Positions 29,818-38,490 of a stretch of DNA of 64,000 nucleotides are shown piece by piece. Numbering within the stretch: position 1 is the first letter of the stretch; each line of letters begins with the position of its first letter. The DNA lies in the NCBI GenBank assembly GCA_044221725.1, contig JBGAON010000003.1, positions 288,001 to 352,000 of the forward strand, written 5' to 3'. A program made the translations under genes and the position numbers. The notes under the pieces were generated by a model. The model saw nothing but the letters and a program-made list of their open reading frames with translations, searched no databases and was not told the DNA's origin. Source of the DNA: Elusimicrobiota bacterium (GTDB lineage Bacteria > Elusimicrobiota > Elusimicrobia > F11).

Positions 29818-30584
29818 AGCGGGCCCTCTCCCCAACCCTCTCCCTAAAGGGAGAGGGAGTTGCGCTTTTGTTGTTGTCGGTGTTGTTCTCGGGGTGCGTC
29901 ACGCGCCAAGATATTCGTGGGATTCAGACGGACCTGTACACGATTCAAAAAGGAATTGAAGCGCGTCTGGGTAACGTAAAAGATCAAACCGATAGTGTTC
30001 AAACCTCTCAGGCCGATCTTCTGCAGGAAATTCACGACTTGAGTGCGAATCTTACGGTTCTAAAATCCGATCTTGCGGATTATCAGCAGCGCATGGGTCA
30101 GTTGTCGATGCGCCTGGACGATCTTGAGGCATCCCTCACGGCGCGTATGGATTCTCAGATTGAGCTTTTATCGGGCTCAAAGTTTGTCGAAAAACCGCTC
30201 CCGAGCACTTCGTACAACCTCGCGAACACGGACTTTGTGCGGGGAAAGTACGGTGAGGCGATCACTGGTTTTCGGAATTACATCAAACAATTCCCGAAAG
30301 GCGACAAAGTTTCGGAGGCGAAGCTGAAAATTGGTGATGCTCTCGCGAAACAGGGCGATCACGAGGGCGCGTTGAACGCGTACAACGATCTGCTGCAGTC
30401 TTCGCCAAAAGATTCGTTGGCGCCGGCGGCGTTGTTGCGCAAAGCCGCCACGCTGGAGTCGCTGGGGCGCAAGCCTCAAATGAAAGAAGCGCTTACGGCG
30501 CTGATCAAGACCTATCCCTATTCCAACGAAGCAAAAACCGCGCAGGACCGTTTGCGCGGGATGCCTGCTGATACCGCGAAATGA
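29814..30584 (+). CDS. cpoB: Tol-Pal system protein CpoB/YbgF (coiled coil + TPR)
   Basis: Lipobox FSGC; coiled coil; TPRs ending YPYSNEAKTA; lies between pal and tolB. Confidence 0.8.
   Translation: MKRALSPTLSLKGEGVALLLLSVLFSGCVTRQDIRGIQTDLYTIQKGIEARLGNVKDQTDSVQTSQADLLQEIHDLSANLTVLKSDLADYQQRMGQLSMRLDDLEASLTARMDSQIELLSGSKFVEKPLPSTSYNLANTDFVRGKYGEAITGFRNYIKQFPKGDKVSEAKLKIGDALAKQGDHEGALNAYNDLLQSSPKDSLAPAALLRKAATLESLGRKPQMKEALTALIKTYPYSNEAKTAQDRLRGMPADTAK
29824..29857. repeat. Second copy of the CCCTCTCCC palindromic element, in frame in the cpoB signal region
   Basis: CCCTCTCCCCAA followed by CCCTCTCCCT-AA-AGGGAGAGGG; 29836-29857 is the exact reverse complement of 487-508. Confidence 0.78.
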
Positions 30585-31849
30585 TGCGCCGTTCCATCGC
30601 GTTGCTGGCGTTCGCGTTCATCGGTTCCTTTCACTTTGTCGCCGCGGATCCCATTGATGTTCAGATCGATCGTTCCAAAGAAAAGTTCAATCTCGGGCTG
30701 TCCGATTTTATTTCCGACAACAGCTCTGTTGATGTCAGCATCCTAAACGCGTTCCAGAATGTTATCGGTCCGGATCTCGATTATTCTCGGCTGTTCAATG
30801 TTGTGAAAAGCGGGCCCGTGGTTCGTTCGAAAAACGACGCGCTCGCGTGGGGGAAGCTGGGTTCCGAAATGGTTTTGTCGGCGTCGGTTCGTGGCAAGCA
30901 GCCCGACAGTGTAGACGTCGTCGCGCACCTCAACGAAACAAAATCCGGGAAAGAAGTGATGAGTTTTTCACGGAAGGGCACACGCGCCGAAATTCGCACC
31001 ATGGCGCACGATGTTTCGAACGAAGTCGTGAAATATTTTACGGGCAAGCCCGGAATTTTTAATTCGAAGCTCGTGTTTGTGAACGATGGTACGGGTCGCA
31101 AAGAACTTTATATTTCCGATTACGACGGAAAAAATCCGAAACGTCTGACGAACGACAACTCGATCGTCATCCTGCCAAGGTTGTCGCCCGATGGGAAAAA
31201 GATCGTGTTCACGTCGTACGCGTCGGGCAATCCCGATTTGTATCTGGTGAACCGAGACGGAACCGGGAAAAGGAAACTTTCGTCCAAGGCCGGATTGAAC
31301 GTTTCTCCATCGTGGGCGCCGAACAGCCAAGAACTGGCTGTCACTCTTTCGAAGGATGGGCCGCCGAATATCTATTTAATGGATTTGCAGGGTGTCATAA
31401 AGCAGCGTTTAACCGACGCGCAGACCGCGGACACGGCACCCTCTTTTTCGCCCGATGGCAGCCAAATAGCGTTTACGTCGGACCGCGCGGGTGCGCCGCA
31501 CATTTACATCATGAACATCGATGGCTCAGGATTGCGCCGCATTACAACCGCGAGCCATTGCGACTCGGCCGCCTGGTCACCCGACGGTCAAACAATTCTC
31601 TACGTGAAGAGCCAAGACAAAAACTTTGATATTTTCTCGATCGAAGTGTTGACGGGCCTTGAGCGACGGCTTACCTGGGGAAAAGGGGACAACGAGAATC
31701 CGTCCTGGTCACCCGACGGTCGATTCATTCTGTTTTGCTCGACGCGCAACGGCAAGTGGGAGCTTTTTACAATGGCCGCCGATGGCAGCGATCAGAAACC
31801 GATTCCAATTACGAAGGGTCAGTCGTACACGCCTTTCTGGTCCAATTAA
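30581..31849 (+). CDS. tolB: Tol-Pal beta-propeller protein TolB
   Basis: Signal peptide; TolB_N-like domain; repeated PSWSPDG (PD40) motifs. Confidence 0.92.
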   Translation: MMRRSIALLAFAFIGSFHFVAADPIDVQIDRSKEKFNLGLSDFISDNSSVDVSILNAFQNVIGPDLDYSRLFNVVKSGPVVRSKNDALAWGKLGSEMVLSASVRGKQPDSVDVVAHLNETKSGKEVMSFSRKGTRAEIRTMAHDVSNEVVKYFTGKPGIFNSKLVFVNDGTGRKELYISDYDGKNPKRLTNDNSIVILPRLSPDGKKIVFTSYASGNPDLYLVNRDGTGKRKLSSKAGLNVSPSWAPNSQELAVTLSKDGPPNIYLMDLQGVIKQRLTDAQTADTAPSFSPDGSQIAFTSDRAGAPHIYIMNIDGSGLRRITTASHCDSAAWSPDGQTILYVKSQDKNFDIFSIEVLTGLERRLTWGKGDNENPSWSPDGRFILFCSTRNGKWELFTMAADGSDQKPIPITKGQSYTPFWSN

Positions 31850-31858
31850 TTTCCTTTT

Positions 31859-32809
31859 ATGGTGACACCGTCCGGTCGTGATTTCATTTCGTTTTCTGAT
31901 TTTTCCCAATCCGAAATTTGGGAATTGCTGGCGCTCGCGCGCAAGCTGAAAGCGAACAAACAAAATAAATCACTGAACGGAAAATCCGTTGGCCTTATTT
32001 TCCAAAAGCCGTCGACCCGCACGGCCGTGTCGTTCGCCGTCGGCGTTACGCAGTTGAGCGGAACCCCGTTGATTCTGTCGGCGGACGTTCTGCAGATCAA
32101 GCGCGGCGAATCTCCGCGTGATACGGCACGAGTGCTGTCACGTTATCTCGACGCCATCGTGATCCGCGCGAATCACCATTCGGACGTGGTTGAGATGGCC
32201 GGTTACTCAACAATTCCTATTATTAATGGGCTCACGGACCTTGAGCATCCGTGCCAAGTCCTCGCCGATTTGTTGACGATTATGGAAAAGCGAAAAATGA
32301 AAAGCGCCAGCCAACTTCAGGGTTTCAAACTCACGTACCTGGGGGATGGCAACAACGTGGCTCAATCGTTGATGCTCGCTGCCGCTATGCTCGGAATGAA
32401 GCTTGTCCTGGCTTGTCCGTCGGGTTACGAGCCGAAATTGGAGTTTCGCGATAAAGCGAAAAAAATTTCAGGCGTAACAAAGGCCGAAATCCATTTGGTG
32501 AAAGACCCCATGGTTGCCGCGCGCAATGCCGACGCGTTGTACACGGACGTGTGGACGTCCATGGGACAAGAGGCCGAGTTGCAGCGGCGCCAGTCGATCT
32601 TTGCGCCGTATCAGTTGAACGAAAAGGTTTTGAAAGAAGCAAAGCCCGACGCGCTCGCGATGCATTGTTTGCCGGCGCATCGCGGCGAAGAAATTACCGA
32701 GACGGTGCTCGAAGGTCCCCAATCGGTTATCTTCGATCAAGCGGAGAACCGATTGCATGTACAAAAAGCTGTGCTCATGATGCTTTTGGCCGGCAAAAAG
32801 AAAAAATGA
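31859..32809 (+). CDS. argF: Ornithine carbamoyltransferase
   Basis: STRT, HPCQ, DVWTSMG and HCLPA motifs. Confidence 0.95.
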   Translation: MVTPSGRDFISFSDFSQSEIWELLALARKLKANKQNKSLNGKSVGLIFQKPSTRTAVSFAVGVTQLSGTPLILSADVLQIKRGESPRDTARVLSRYLDAIVIRANHHSDVVEMAGYSTIPIINGLTDLEHPCQVLADLLTIMEKRKMKSASQLQGFKLTYLGDGNNVAQSLMLAAAMLGMKLVLACPSGYEPKLEFRDKAKKISGVTKAEIHLVKDPMVAARNADALYTDVWTSMGQEAELQRRQSIFAPYQLNEKVLKEAKPDALAMHCLPAHRGEEITETVLEGPQSVIFDQAENRLHVQKAVLMMLLAGKKKK

Positions 32810-33333
32810 TCTTTGCGATCGGATCCAACAAACCCGAAATTCATCCGACGGCGTTCATTCACCCGATGGCGGAGATTTCGGGCAAAGTAAAAATCGGGCC
32901 GCGGGTATCTGTGTGGGGTGGCTGCGTTCTGCGGGGCGACGTTGATTGGATCACGGTCGGCGAGGATTCGAATATCCAAGACGGATCTGTTTTTCACACC
33001 TCGCATCACGTTCCCGTGACGCTCGGAAAAGGGGTAACGGTCGGACACCGCGCTGTTGTGCATGGCGCGACCGTCAAAGATTATTCGTTAATTGGCATGG
33101 GGGCGATTCTGCTCGACGGTTCCGTGGTCGAAGAGAACTGTTTGATTGGTGCGGCCGCGGTGGTGAAAGAGAATGGTTTGATTCCCAAGGGCAGCCTGGC
33201 GTTTGGGACGCCGGCCAAAGTGATACGTCCGCTAAAACCCGAAGAGATTAAGATGGTTGTGGACCGCGCCGGCGAATACATTCAGCTCACCAATCAGTAC
33301 ACAACAGCGCTAAAAGTCGCAAAGCTTCTTTAG
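32806..33333 (+). CDS. Gamma carbonic anhydrase family protein (YrdA-like)
   Basis: LRGDV, NIQDG..H and VGHRAVVHG hexapeptide repeats; start at ATG 32806. Confidence 0.9.
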   Translation: MIFAIGSNKPEIHPTAFIHPMAEISGKVKIGPRVSVWGGCVLRGDVDWITVGEDSNIQDGSVFHTSHHVPVTLGKGVTVGHRAVVHGATVKDYSLIGMGAILLDGSVVEENCLIGAAAVVKENGLIPKGSLAFGTPAKVIRPLKPEEIKMVVDRAGEYIQLTNQYTTALKVAKLL

Positions 33334-33353
33334 TTACGAACCGCATCTTATCG

Positions 33354-33992
33354 TTGTATCACCGTCTGCTTCGCACGTACGGCCATCAAGGGTGGTGGCC
33401 GACCACACCCATCGGCGGTTCCTGCCCCGTTTACACGCCGCGCAAAAGTTTGCGCACGTGCACCGAGATTGAGCGATTCGAAATTTGTTTGGGTGCGATG
33501 CTGACCCAAAATACGAATTGGACGAACGTTGAGAAGGTTCTCGTCCTATTAAAACAGAAGAAAGCGTTGTCGTTGAACGCCTTGCTTAATCTGCCGCGAA
33601 CGAAAGTGGAGACCTATTTCCGTTCGAGCGGATATTTCCGCCAGAAATCCGCCCGGGTCGTAAATTTTTTGCGAATCGTTCAGAAAGAGGCGGGCGGAAG
33701 CATCTCTCGATTTCTCAAAGGACCTTTGCCGGTTGTTCGAAAGCGGTTGCTCGAAATCAACGGAATTGGGCCCGAGACAGCCGATTCCATGCTTCTGTAC
33801 GCCGCAGGGAAACCCATCTTTGTCGTCGACGCGTACACGCGGCGTATCGGCAAGCGGCTCCGATTTCTTAAAGGCGGTGAGACTTACGACGAAGTCCAGC
33901 AGATCTTTATGCGCGGGTTGCCCCGTTCCGCCAAAGTTTTTGGTGAATTCCATGCGCTTCTAGTAAAGTTGGCGAAAGAAACGCGCGCATGA
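33354..33992 (+). CDS. Endonuclease III-related HhH-GPD DNA repair protein
   Basis: WWP, GAMLTQNTNW, GIGPETADS and VVDAYTRR; no C-terminal FeS cysteines. Confidence 0.85.
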   Translation: MYHRLLRTYGHQGWWPTTPIGGSCPVYTPRKSLRTCTEIERFEICLGAMLTQNTNWTNVEKVLVLLKQKKALSLNALLNLPRTKVETYFRSSGYFRQKSARVVNFLRIVQKEAGGSISRFLKGPLPVVRKRLLEINGIGPETADSMLLYAAGKPIFVVDAYTRRIGKRLRFLKGGETYDEVQQIFMRGLPRSAKVFGEFHALLVKLAKETRA

Positions 33993-34582
33993 AACAAAAA
34001 CAGAGCCCAATCATTCTTGCTTCCGCTTCGCCGCGACGCCGTGCGCTAATGCGCGAAGCGGGTTACCGCTTTGTCGTTCGCCCCAGCCATGTGTCCGAGC
34101 GCGCGCCGAGCGGGTTATCGCCGGCGCAACGGGTGAGTTTTTTGGCGCTTAAGAAGGCCACGTTCGTGGCAAAAAAGTTTCCAAACGACATCGTTATCGG
34201 TGCGGATACGCTCGTTTTCATTCATGGTCACGCGGTGGGAAAGCCGCGAAATGCCCGCCATGCGGAACGAATGCTTGCCGAATTATCGGGGCGTTGGCAG
34301 CGTGTTTACACCGGCGTTGCGGTTGTGGCGCAGGGCGGGAAAACAAAATTTAAAAAGTCCGCCGTATCCTATGTGAAATTCCGGAAACTTGCGGCCGAAG
34401 AAATTCGATCTGCCGCGCACAAGCATTTGGATAAAGCAGGCGCTTACGCGGTTCAAGAAAAAGGCGATAGCTTCGTTGCGAAGATAAAAGGCCGGTACGA
34501 CAACGTGGTGGGACTGCCGATGAACGTCGTGAAAGAGTTATTTCGCCGGTTGGCCGCCCAAACGCTTACGAAACGCGTCTGA
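33989..34582 (+). CDS. maf: Maf family nucleoside triphosphate pyrophosphatase
   Basis: ILASASPRR, GADT, DKAGAY and NVVGLP. Confidence 0.92.
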   Translation: MKQKQSPIILASASPRRRALMREAGYRFVVRPSHVSERAPSGLSPAQRVSFLALKKATFVAKKFPNDIVIGADTLVFIHGHAVGKPRNARHAERMLAELSGRWQRVYTGVAVVAQGGKTKFKKSAVSYVKFRKLAAEEIRSAAHKHLDKAGAYAVQEKGDSFVAKIKGRYDNVVGLPMNVVKELFRRLAAQTLTKRV

Positions 34583-35266
34583 GACGATATTTACTTTCAA
34601 TGTTGAGTTCAGCTGATTGAGCCAATCTCCGAATACGAAATTCGCTTCCTTTTCCCAGATCTGCTGACGAATCTTTTCCGGGTCCGCCTGCAACTCCTTG
34701 CGTTTCTTCGGATCCATTTCGGCTTTTACGGCCGCGTCCATGGAAGCCGTCAATTGCTCGTCTGAAATATTGACGGCCGTGGCGATCAAAGAATTCAATT
34801 GCCGGCCCGCCATGTCTTTCTTGTGTTCTTTTTCAAAATCGCGTGGGGCCATTGAGAATGTTTGCGCCACCACGCGGACGTAAGTGGCCGGATCAAAATG
34901 ACCGTCTTTCTGAAACGCCGGAATCGACATCAATTGCATCTGCAACTCTTGATCCGTAATTTCAATTCCGTACTTCTGCGCTTCTTGAGCGAACACTTCT
35001 TGGCGGATGACTTCGTTTAGTGCTTGGCTTTGAAGTTGATTGCGCTGATCGGTCGGGAGATTTGCTGCCTCGCGTTGCCGCACAAGCTGATTGTAGGTGC
35101 GGTCGTATTGCGCTTGCGGCACTTTTACACCGTTCACTTTGAAAATCGTGTCATGCGATGTGGAAACGAATGAGGAGCCGCCCACGCCAAACAAAATAAG
35201 CCCGCCGATACAGGCGGCCATGAACACCATGACGACGGAGCGATGCTTGCGGAAAAAGCGAAACAT
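34538..35266 (-). CDS. SurA N-terminal domain protein (PpiD-like chaperone lacking a PPIase domain)
   Basis: N-terminal TM; KVNG; IPAFQKDGHFD. Confidence 0.75.
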   Translation of the reverse strand: MFRFFRKHRSVVMVFMAACIGGLILFGVGGSSFVSTSHDTIFKVNGVKVPQAQYDRTYNQLVRQREAANLPTDQRNQLQSQALNEVIRQEVFAQEAQKYGIEITDQELQMQLMSIPAFQKDGHFDPATYVRVVAQTFSMAPRDFEKEHKKDMAGRQLNSLIATAVNISDEQLTASMDAAVKAEMDPKKRKELQADPEKIRQQIWEKEANFVFGDWLNQLNSTLKVNIVSDAFRKRLGGQPAK

Positions 35267-35319
35267 GAGGTCGGGATTATAGGAAATTCGTCATCCCGGA
35301 ATGTTTCTGTCCAGGATAA

Positions 35320-35757
35320 TTAATGTTTCGCGTTCGCGACTTTTAGGTTGCGGTGGCTGTTGTTTTCGAGTTCCGCGGTAATGTTGGACGGATTCACGTC
35401 GATAACTTGGCCGTCACCTTTTAACATCTGGCAGTTGCCTTCGAAGTTGGCACCATCGGAAACAACAAGCTTTGCGGTACGGATATCGCCGAGCACTTGG
35501 CCTTTCGGCAACAGCTCAAGCGATTCGTTGGCGGAAATGTTTCCTTTTACTTTGCCGGCGATCGTGACAGCGGACGCTGTAATATCACCAAGAACCAACC
35601 CAAATTCTCCGATCACAATCCCTTGGGCATGAATGCTTCCTTTGATTTTTCCGTCCACGCGAATCGATTCGTTCGTGTGCAGGTCGCCTTCAAGCTCGGT
35701 CCCAGCTCCGATAATTGTCTCGATTTTGTGTGCGGTTTTATCTGATTTAAGAAACAT
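35320..35757 (-). CDS. Bactofilin (polymer-forming cytoskeletal protein)
   Basis: TIIGAGTELEGDL...IRVDGKIKG...GANFEG. Confidence 0.9.
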   Translation of the reverse strand: MFLKSDKTAHKIETIIGAGTELEGDLHTNESIRVDGKIKGSIHAQGIVIGEFGLVLGDITASAVTIAGKVKGNISANESLELLPKGQVLGDIRTAKLVVSDGANFEGNCQMLKGDGQVIDVNPSNITAELENNSHRNLKVANAKH

Positions 35758-35796
35758 GGGAACCTCCCGAGCGATGCCGCCGATAGTTAGTAGGTA

Positions 35797-36807
35797 TTAG
35801 TGTAGCGAGGCGAAGCGTGTTTTGCCAGAAAATTTTGGGTCTTCGCGGATAAACGCAAGCGGGTTCTTTCTTGCCGTGTAGCGCCATACCTCGTAATGGC
35901 AATGCACACCGGACGATTTTCCCGTGGTGCCCATGAGAGCGATGACTTGGCCCCGTTTCACGCGATCGCCGACTTTAACGAGAATGCGGCTATTGTGCGC
36001 GTAACGGGTGCTATAGCCAAATTCATGTTGCAGCAAAACAAGATTCCCATAACCGCTGTTCCACGATGCTAGGCGCACAACGCCATCGGCCGTGGCCCGA
36101 ACCGCCGTGCCCAAATTGCCGCTGATGTCGATGCCCGGGTGAAATTCTGCTTGACCGTCGAATGGCGACGTGCGTGTTCCGTAGTGCGATGTGAGCGGAC
36201 CGTTGCAGGGCCAGCCGCGTGGAGTGGCGCGAAAAAGACGGCGTTGCGCCTCAATCCAGCTTGTAAGTTCATTAAAACTTGTGAGTCGGTCTTTGGCTTC
36301 GGATTTCATGCCTGTGATCTCACGAACGAGGTGCGGCCACGACATATCGGGTTCACCGGATTGAAGAACGCGCGTAAGGTCGTTCGCATCGGCAATCGTG
36401 GGCCCACCGGTTGCTGCCGATGCTTGTTTCGATGGTTTCAGTGGCTGATCATTTTTTATCAATGAAGACGCGTTTTGGTACTGCAATAATTGTCTCAGTT
36501 GCTCATCGACAGTTTTTACTTCATCCATATACTCACGCGATTGGTCCAACTGCGCCATCAAATATCGGATTTTTAACTTCATCACTTGGTTCGATGCTTG
36601 GGTGCGCCAGTAGTCAACATGTTGCGCGGACAAATACGAACCCCAGAAAGTGATGCCGGCCCACGCAAACGTGACAAAAAGAATTAATGAAAGTGGGATA
36701 TTTATTTGGCGAGGACGGCTTCCGCCATGCGGAACGAGCATGAACGTAAAACGATAAACAAGCAGATTTTTAAGCCAACTGTTTTTCAAAGGAGACCTGC
36801 CCTCCAT
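35797..36807 (-). CDS. M23 family metallopeptidase
   Basis: HPGID, YAHN and HCHYEV motifs; TM plus coiled coil; typical bactofilin neighbour. Confidence 0.9.
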   Translation of the reverse strand: MEGRSPLKNSWLKNLLVYRFTFMLVPHGGSRPRQINIPLSLILFVTFAWAGITFWGSYLSAQHVDYWRTQASNQVMKLKIRYLMAQLDQSREYMDEVKTVDEQLRQLLQYQNASSLIKNDQPLKPSKQASAATGGPTIADANDLTRVLQSGEPDMSWPHLVREITGMKSEAKDRLTSFNELTSWIEAQRRLFRATPRGWPCNGPLTSHYGTRTSPFDGQAEFHPGIDISGNLGTAVRATADGVVRLASWNSGYGNLVLLQHEFGYSTRYAHNSRILVKVGDRVKRGQVIALMGTTGKSSGVHCHYEVWRYTARKNPLAFIREDPKFSGKTRFASLH

Positions 36808-36860
36808 TTTTTAAAACGAAGTCGGCGAAGGAATACCAAGACGGATATCCAATGTCAATG

Positions 36861-37640
36861 TTATTGACTGAGCAGATCATTCATTTGTCCTTGGTCTTCG
36901 ATGGGTTTCGCTTTCTTCGCGTCGCTTCTGTAAAAGACCATGTTCGTTCCGCCGACCTCGATGAGCGCTCCGTTTTCAAGCAGCACTTGTTCGTTCACGG
37001 CGACACCATTCACTTTCGGGTAGCCCTGTTTCACGGCTTTTAAGAAATATCCTTCGGGACGCTTGCTTATCGCGGCGGCCAAACTGGGAGCTAAGAAACC
37101 TTTTATTTTGATCATTGCCTGATCCGTCGTGCCGATGTAAGTCACAAGATCTTTCAAATTAACTTCGGTTTGCCCGTTTACGCCACCGGCAATGATGCGT
37201 ACGACCCCCGTGGCGGAAGACGCCGGAGCGCCGGAATTTTTGCGGGAAATTTCTTTTTGTATTTCGGAGGACAGTGAATCGGGCGTTTTGGCGGGCGCCG
37301 TGGCTGGCTTGGGTCCGTTGGAAACTGGCGAATCGGTCGATGGTGCGCTTTTATCGTCAGCATGAAAATCCAGAATATGGCCGGCAACGCCGATTTGGTC
37401 TTTGTCTTTAATCTGACCCTCTTTGACGCGGCGGCCATTAATGAAGGTGCCGTTCGTGCTGTTTAAATCCTCTACGACAAAATGATCGCCCACTTTCTTA
37501 ATTTTTCCATGAAAACCGGAGACCGTGGGATGATCAATCGAAATATCGTTTGTGAGTTTGCGGCCAAATGTTATTTCGTCCTTATCCAATAGATATTCTT
37601 TGATGATTGCCGAATTAAACTTCAGAAATACCTTGGCCAT
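36861..37640 (-). CDS. FHA domain protein (one canonical plus one FHA-like domain)
   Basis: FGR...VSGFH...DLNSTNGTFING. Confidence 0.88.
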   Translation of the reverse strand: MAKVFLKFNSAIIKEYLLDKDEITFGRKLTNDISIDHPTVSGFHGKIKKVGDHFVVEDLNSTNGTFINGRRVKEGQIKDKDQIGVAGHILDFHADDKSAPSTDSPVSNGPKPATAPAKTPDSLSSEIQKEISRKNSGAPASSATGVVRIIAGGVNGQTEVNLKDLVTYIGTTDQAMIKIKGFLAPSLAAAISKRPEGYFLKAVKQGYPKVNGVAVNEQVLLENGALIEVGGTNMVFYRSDAKKAKPIEDQGQMNDLLSQ

Positions 37641-38479
37641 TATTTTGATTCCTTCGCCTTGGAGAGTGCACCTTTGACGCGGTCCGTTAATGAGCTCCAA
37701 TGGGATTTTGGTTCCAGTTTTGCAACGATGACGGTGATATTGTCGCCTCCGCCCGCGTCGTTCGCGCGCGCGATAAGTGTGTCCGAAATTTTTTCCGGGT
37801 CGGTTTCCGCTTTAAACACAGCTTCGATTTGGGTGTCGTCGAGCATCTTTGTAAGTCCGTCGGAGCACAACATCACATAATCTTCTTCTTGGACCGCGAC
37901 CTCTTTTATATCCACCTCGACGTCGTCTTTGTTGCCAATCGAGCGCGTCAGCATGTTTCGTAGATCGGACTTTTCTGCTTCTTCCGGCTTAATAAGGCCT
38001 TTGTCGATTTGTTCTTGCACAAAACTGTGATCGCTGGTGATTTGCTGGAGTTTGTTTCCACGAACGAGGTAGAGACGGCTGTCACCAACATGGGCGACCG
38101 CGAATTTGTCATCAAGCCACAACGCAGCGACCAGCGTCGTTCCCATGTTGTGGTTTTCGGGATTTTTCTGCGCCGCTTCGAAAACCGCTTGGTTTGAAAA
38201 TTTAAAACAGTCGCCAAGGATTCGGCTTCGCGGATCAAGACTGGGGTTGGGCGGAACGTGGAAGAACACCGGTACGTGACCGGTTTTCAGCGCGCGCTTT
38301 AATTGCTCGGTGCACAGTTTGGCGGCCAAATTGCTGGCCACTTCACCCGATGCGTGGCCGCCCATTCCGTCCGCAACAATCATAAAGCCAAGGTTTTCTT
38401 CGACGAGAAACGCATCTTCATTTTTTGAGCGTCGCCGCCCTTTGTCTGTCTTACCTGCGATGTTCAATCGTATCCTCAT
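37640..38479 (-). CDS. PP2C-family Ser/Thr phosphatase
   Basis: NED, VADGMGGH, HVGDSR, LCSDGL and GGDNIT. Confidence 0.93.
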   Translation of the reverse strand: MRIRLNIAGKTDKGRRRSKNEDAFLVEENLGFMIVADGMGGHASGEVASNLAAKLCTEQLKRALKTGHVPVFFHVPPNPSLDPRSRILGDCFKFSNQAVFEAAQKNPENHNMGTTLVAALWLDDKFAVAHVGDSRLYLVRGNKLQQITSDHSFVQEQIDKGLIKPEEAEKSDLRNMLTRSIGNKDDVEVDIKEVAVQEEDYVMLCSDGLTKMLDDTQIEAVFKAETDPEKISDTLIARANDAGGGDNITVIVAKLEPKSHWSSLTDRVKGALSKAKESK

Positions 38480-38490
38480 TGGTCTTAAAT

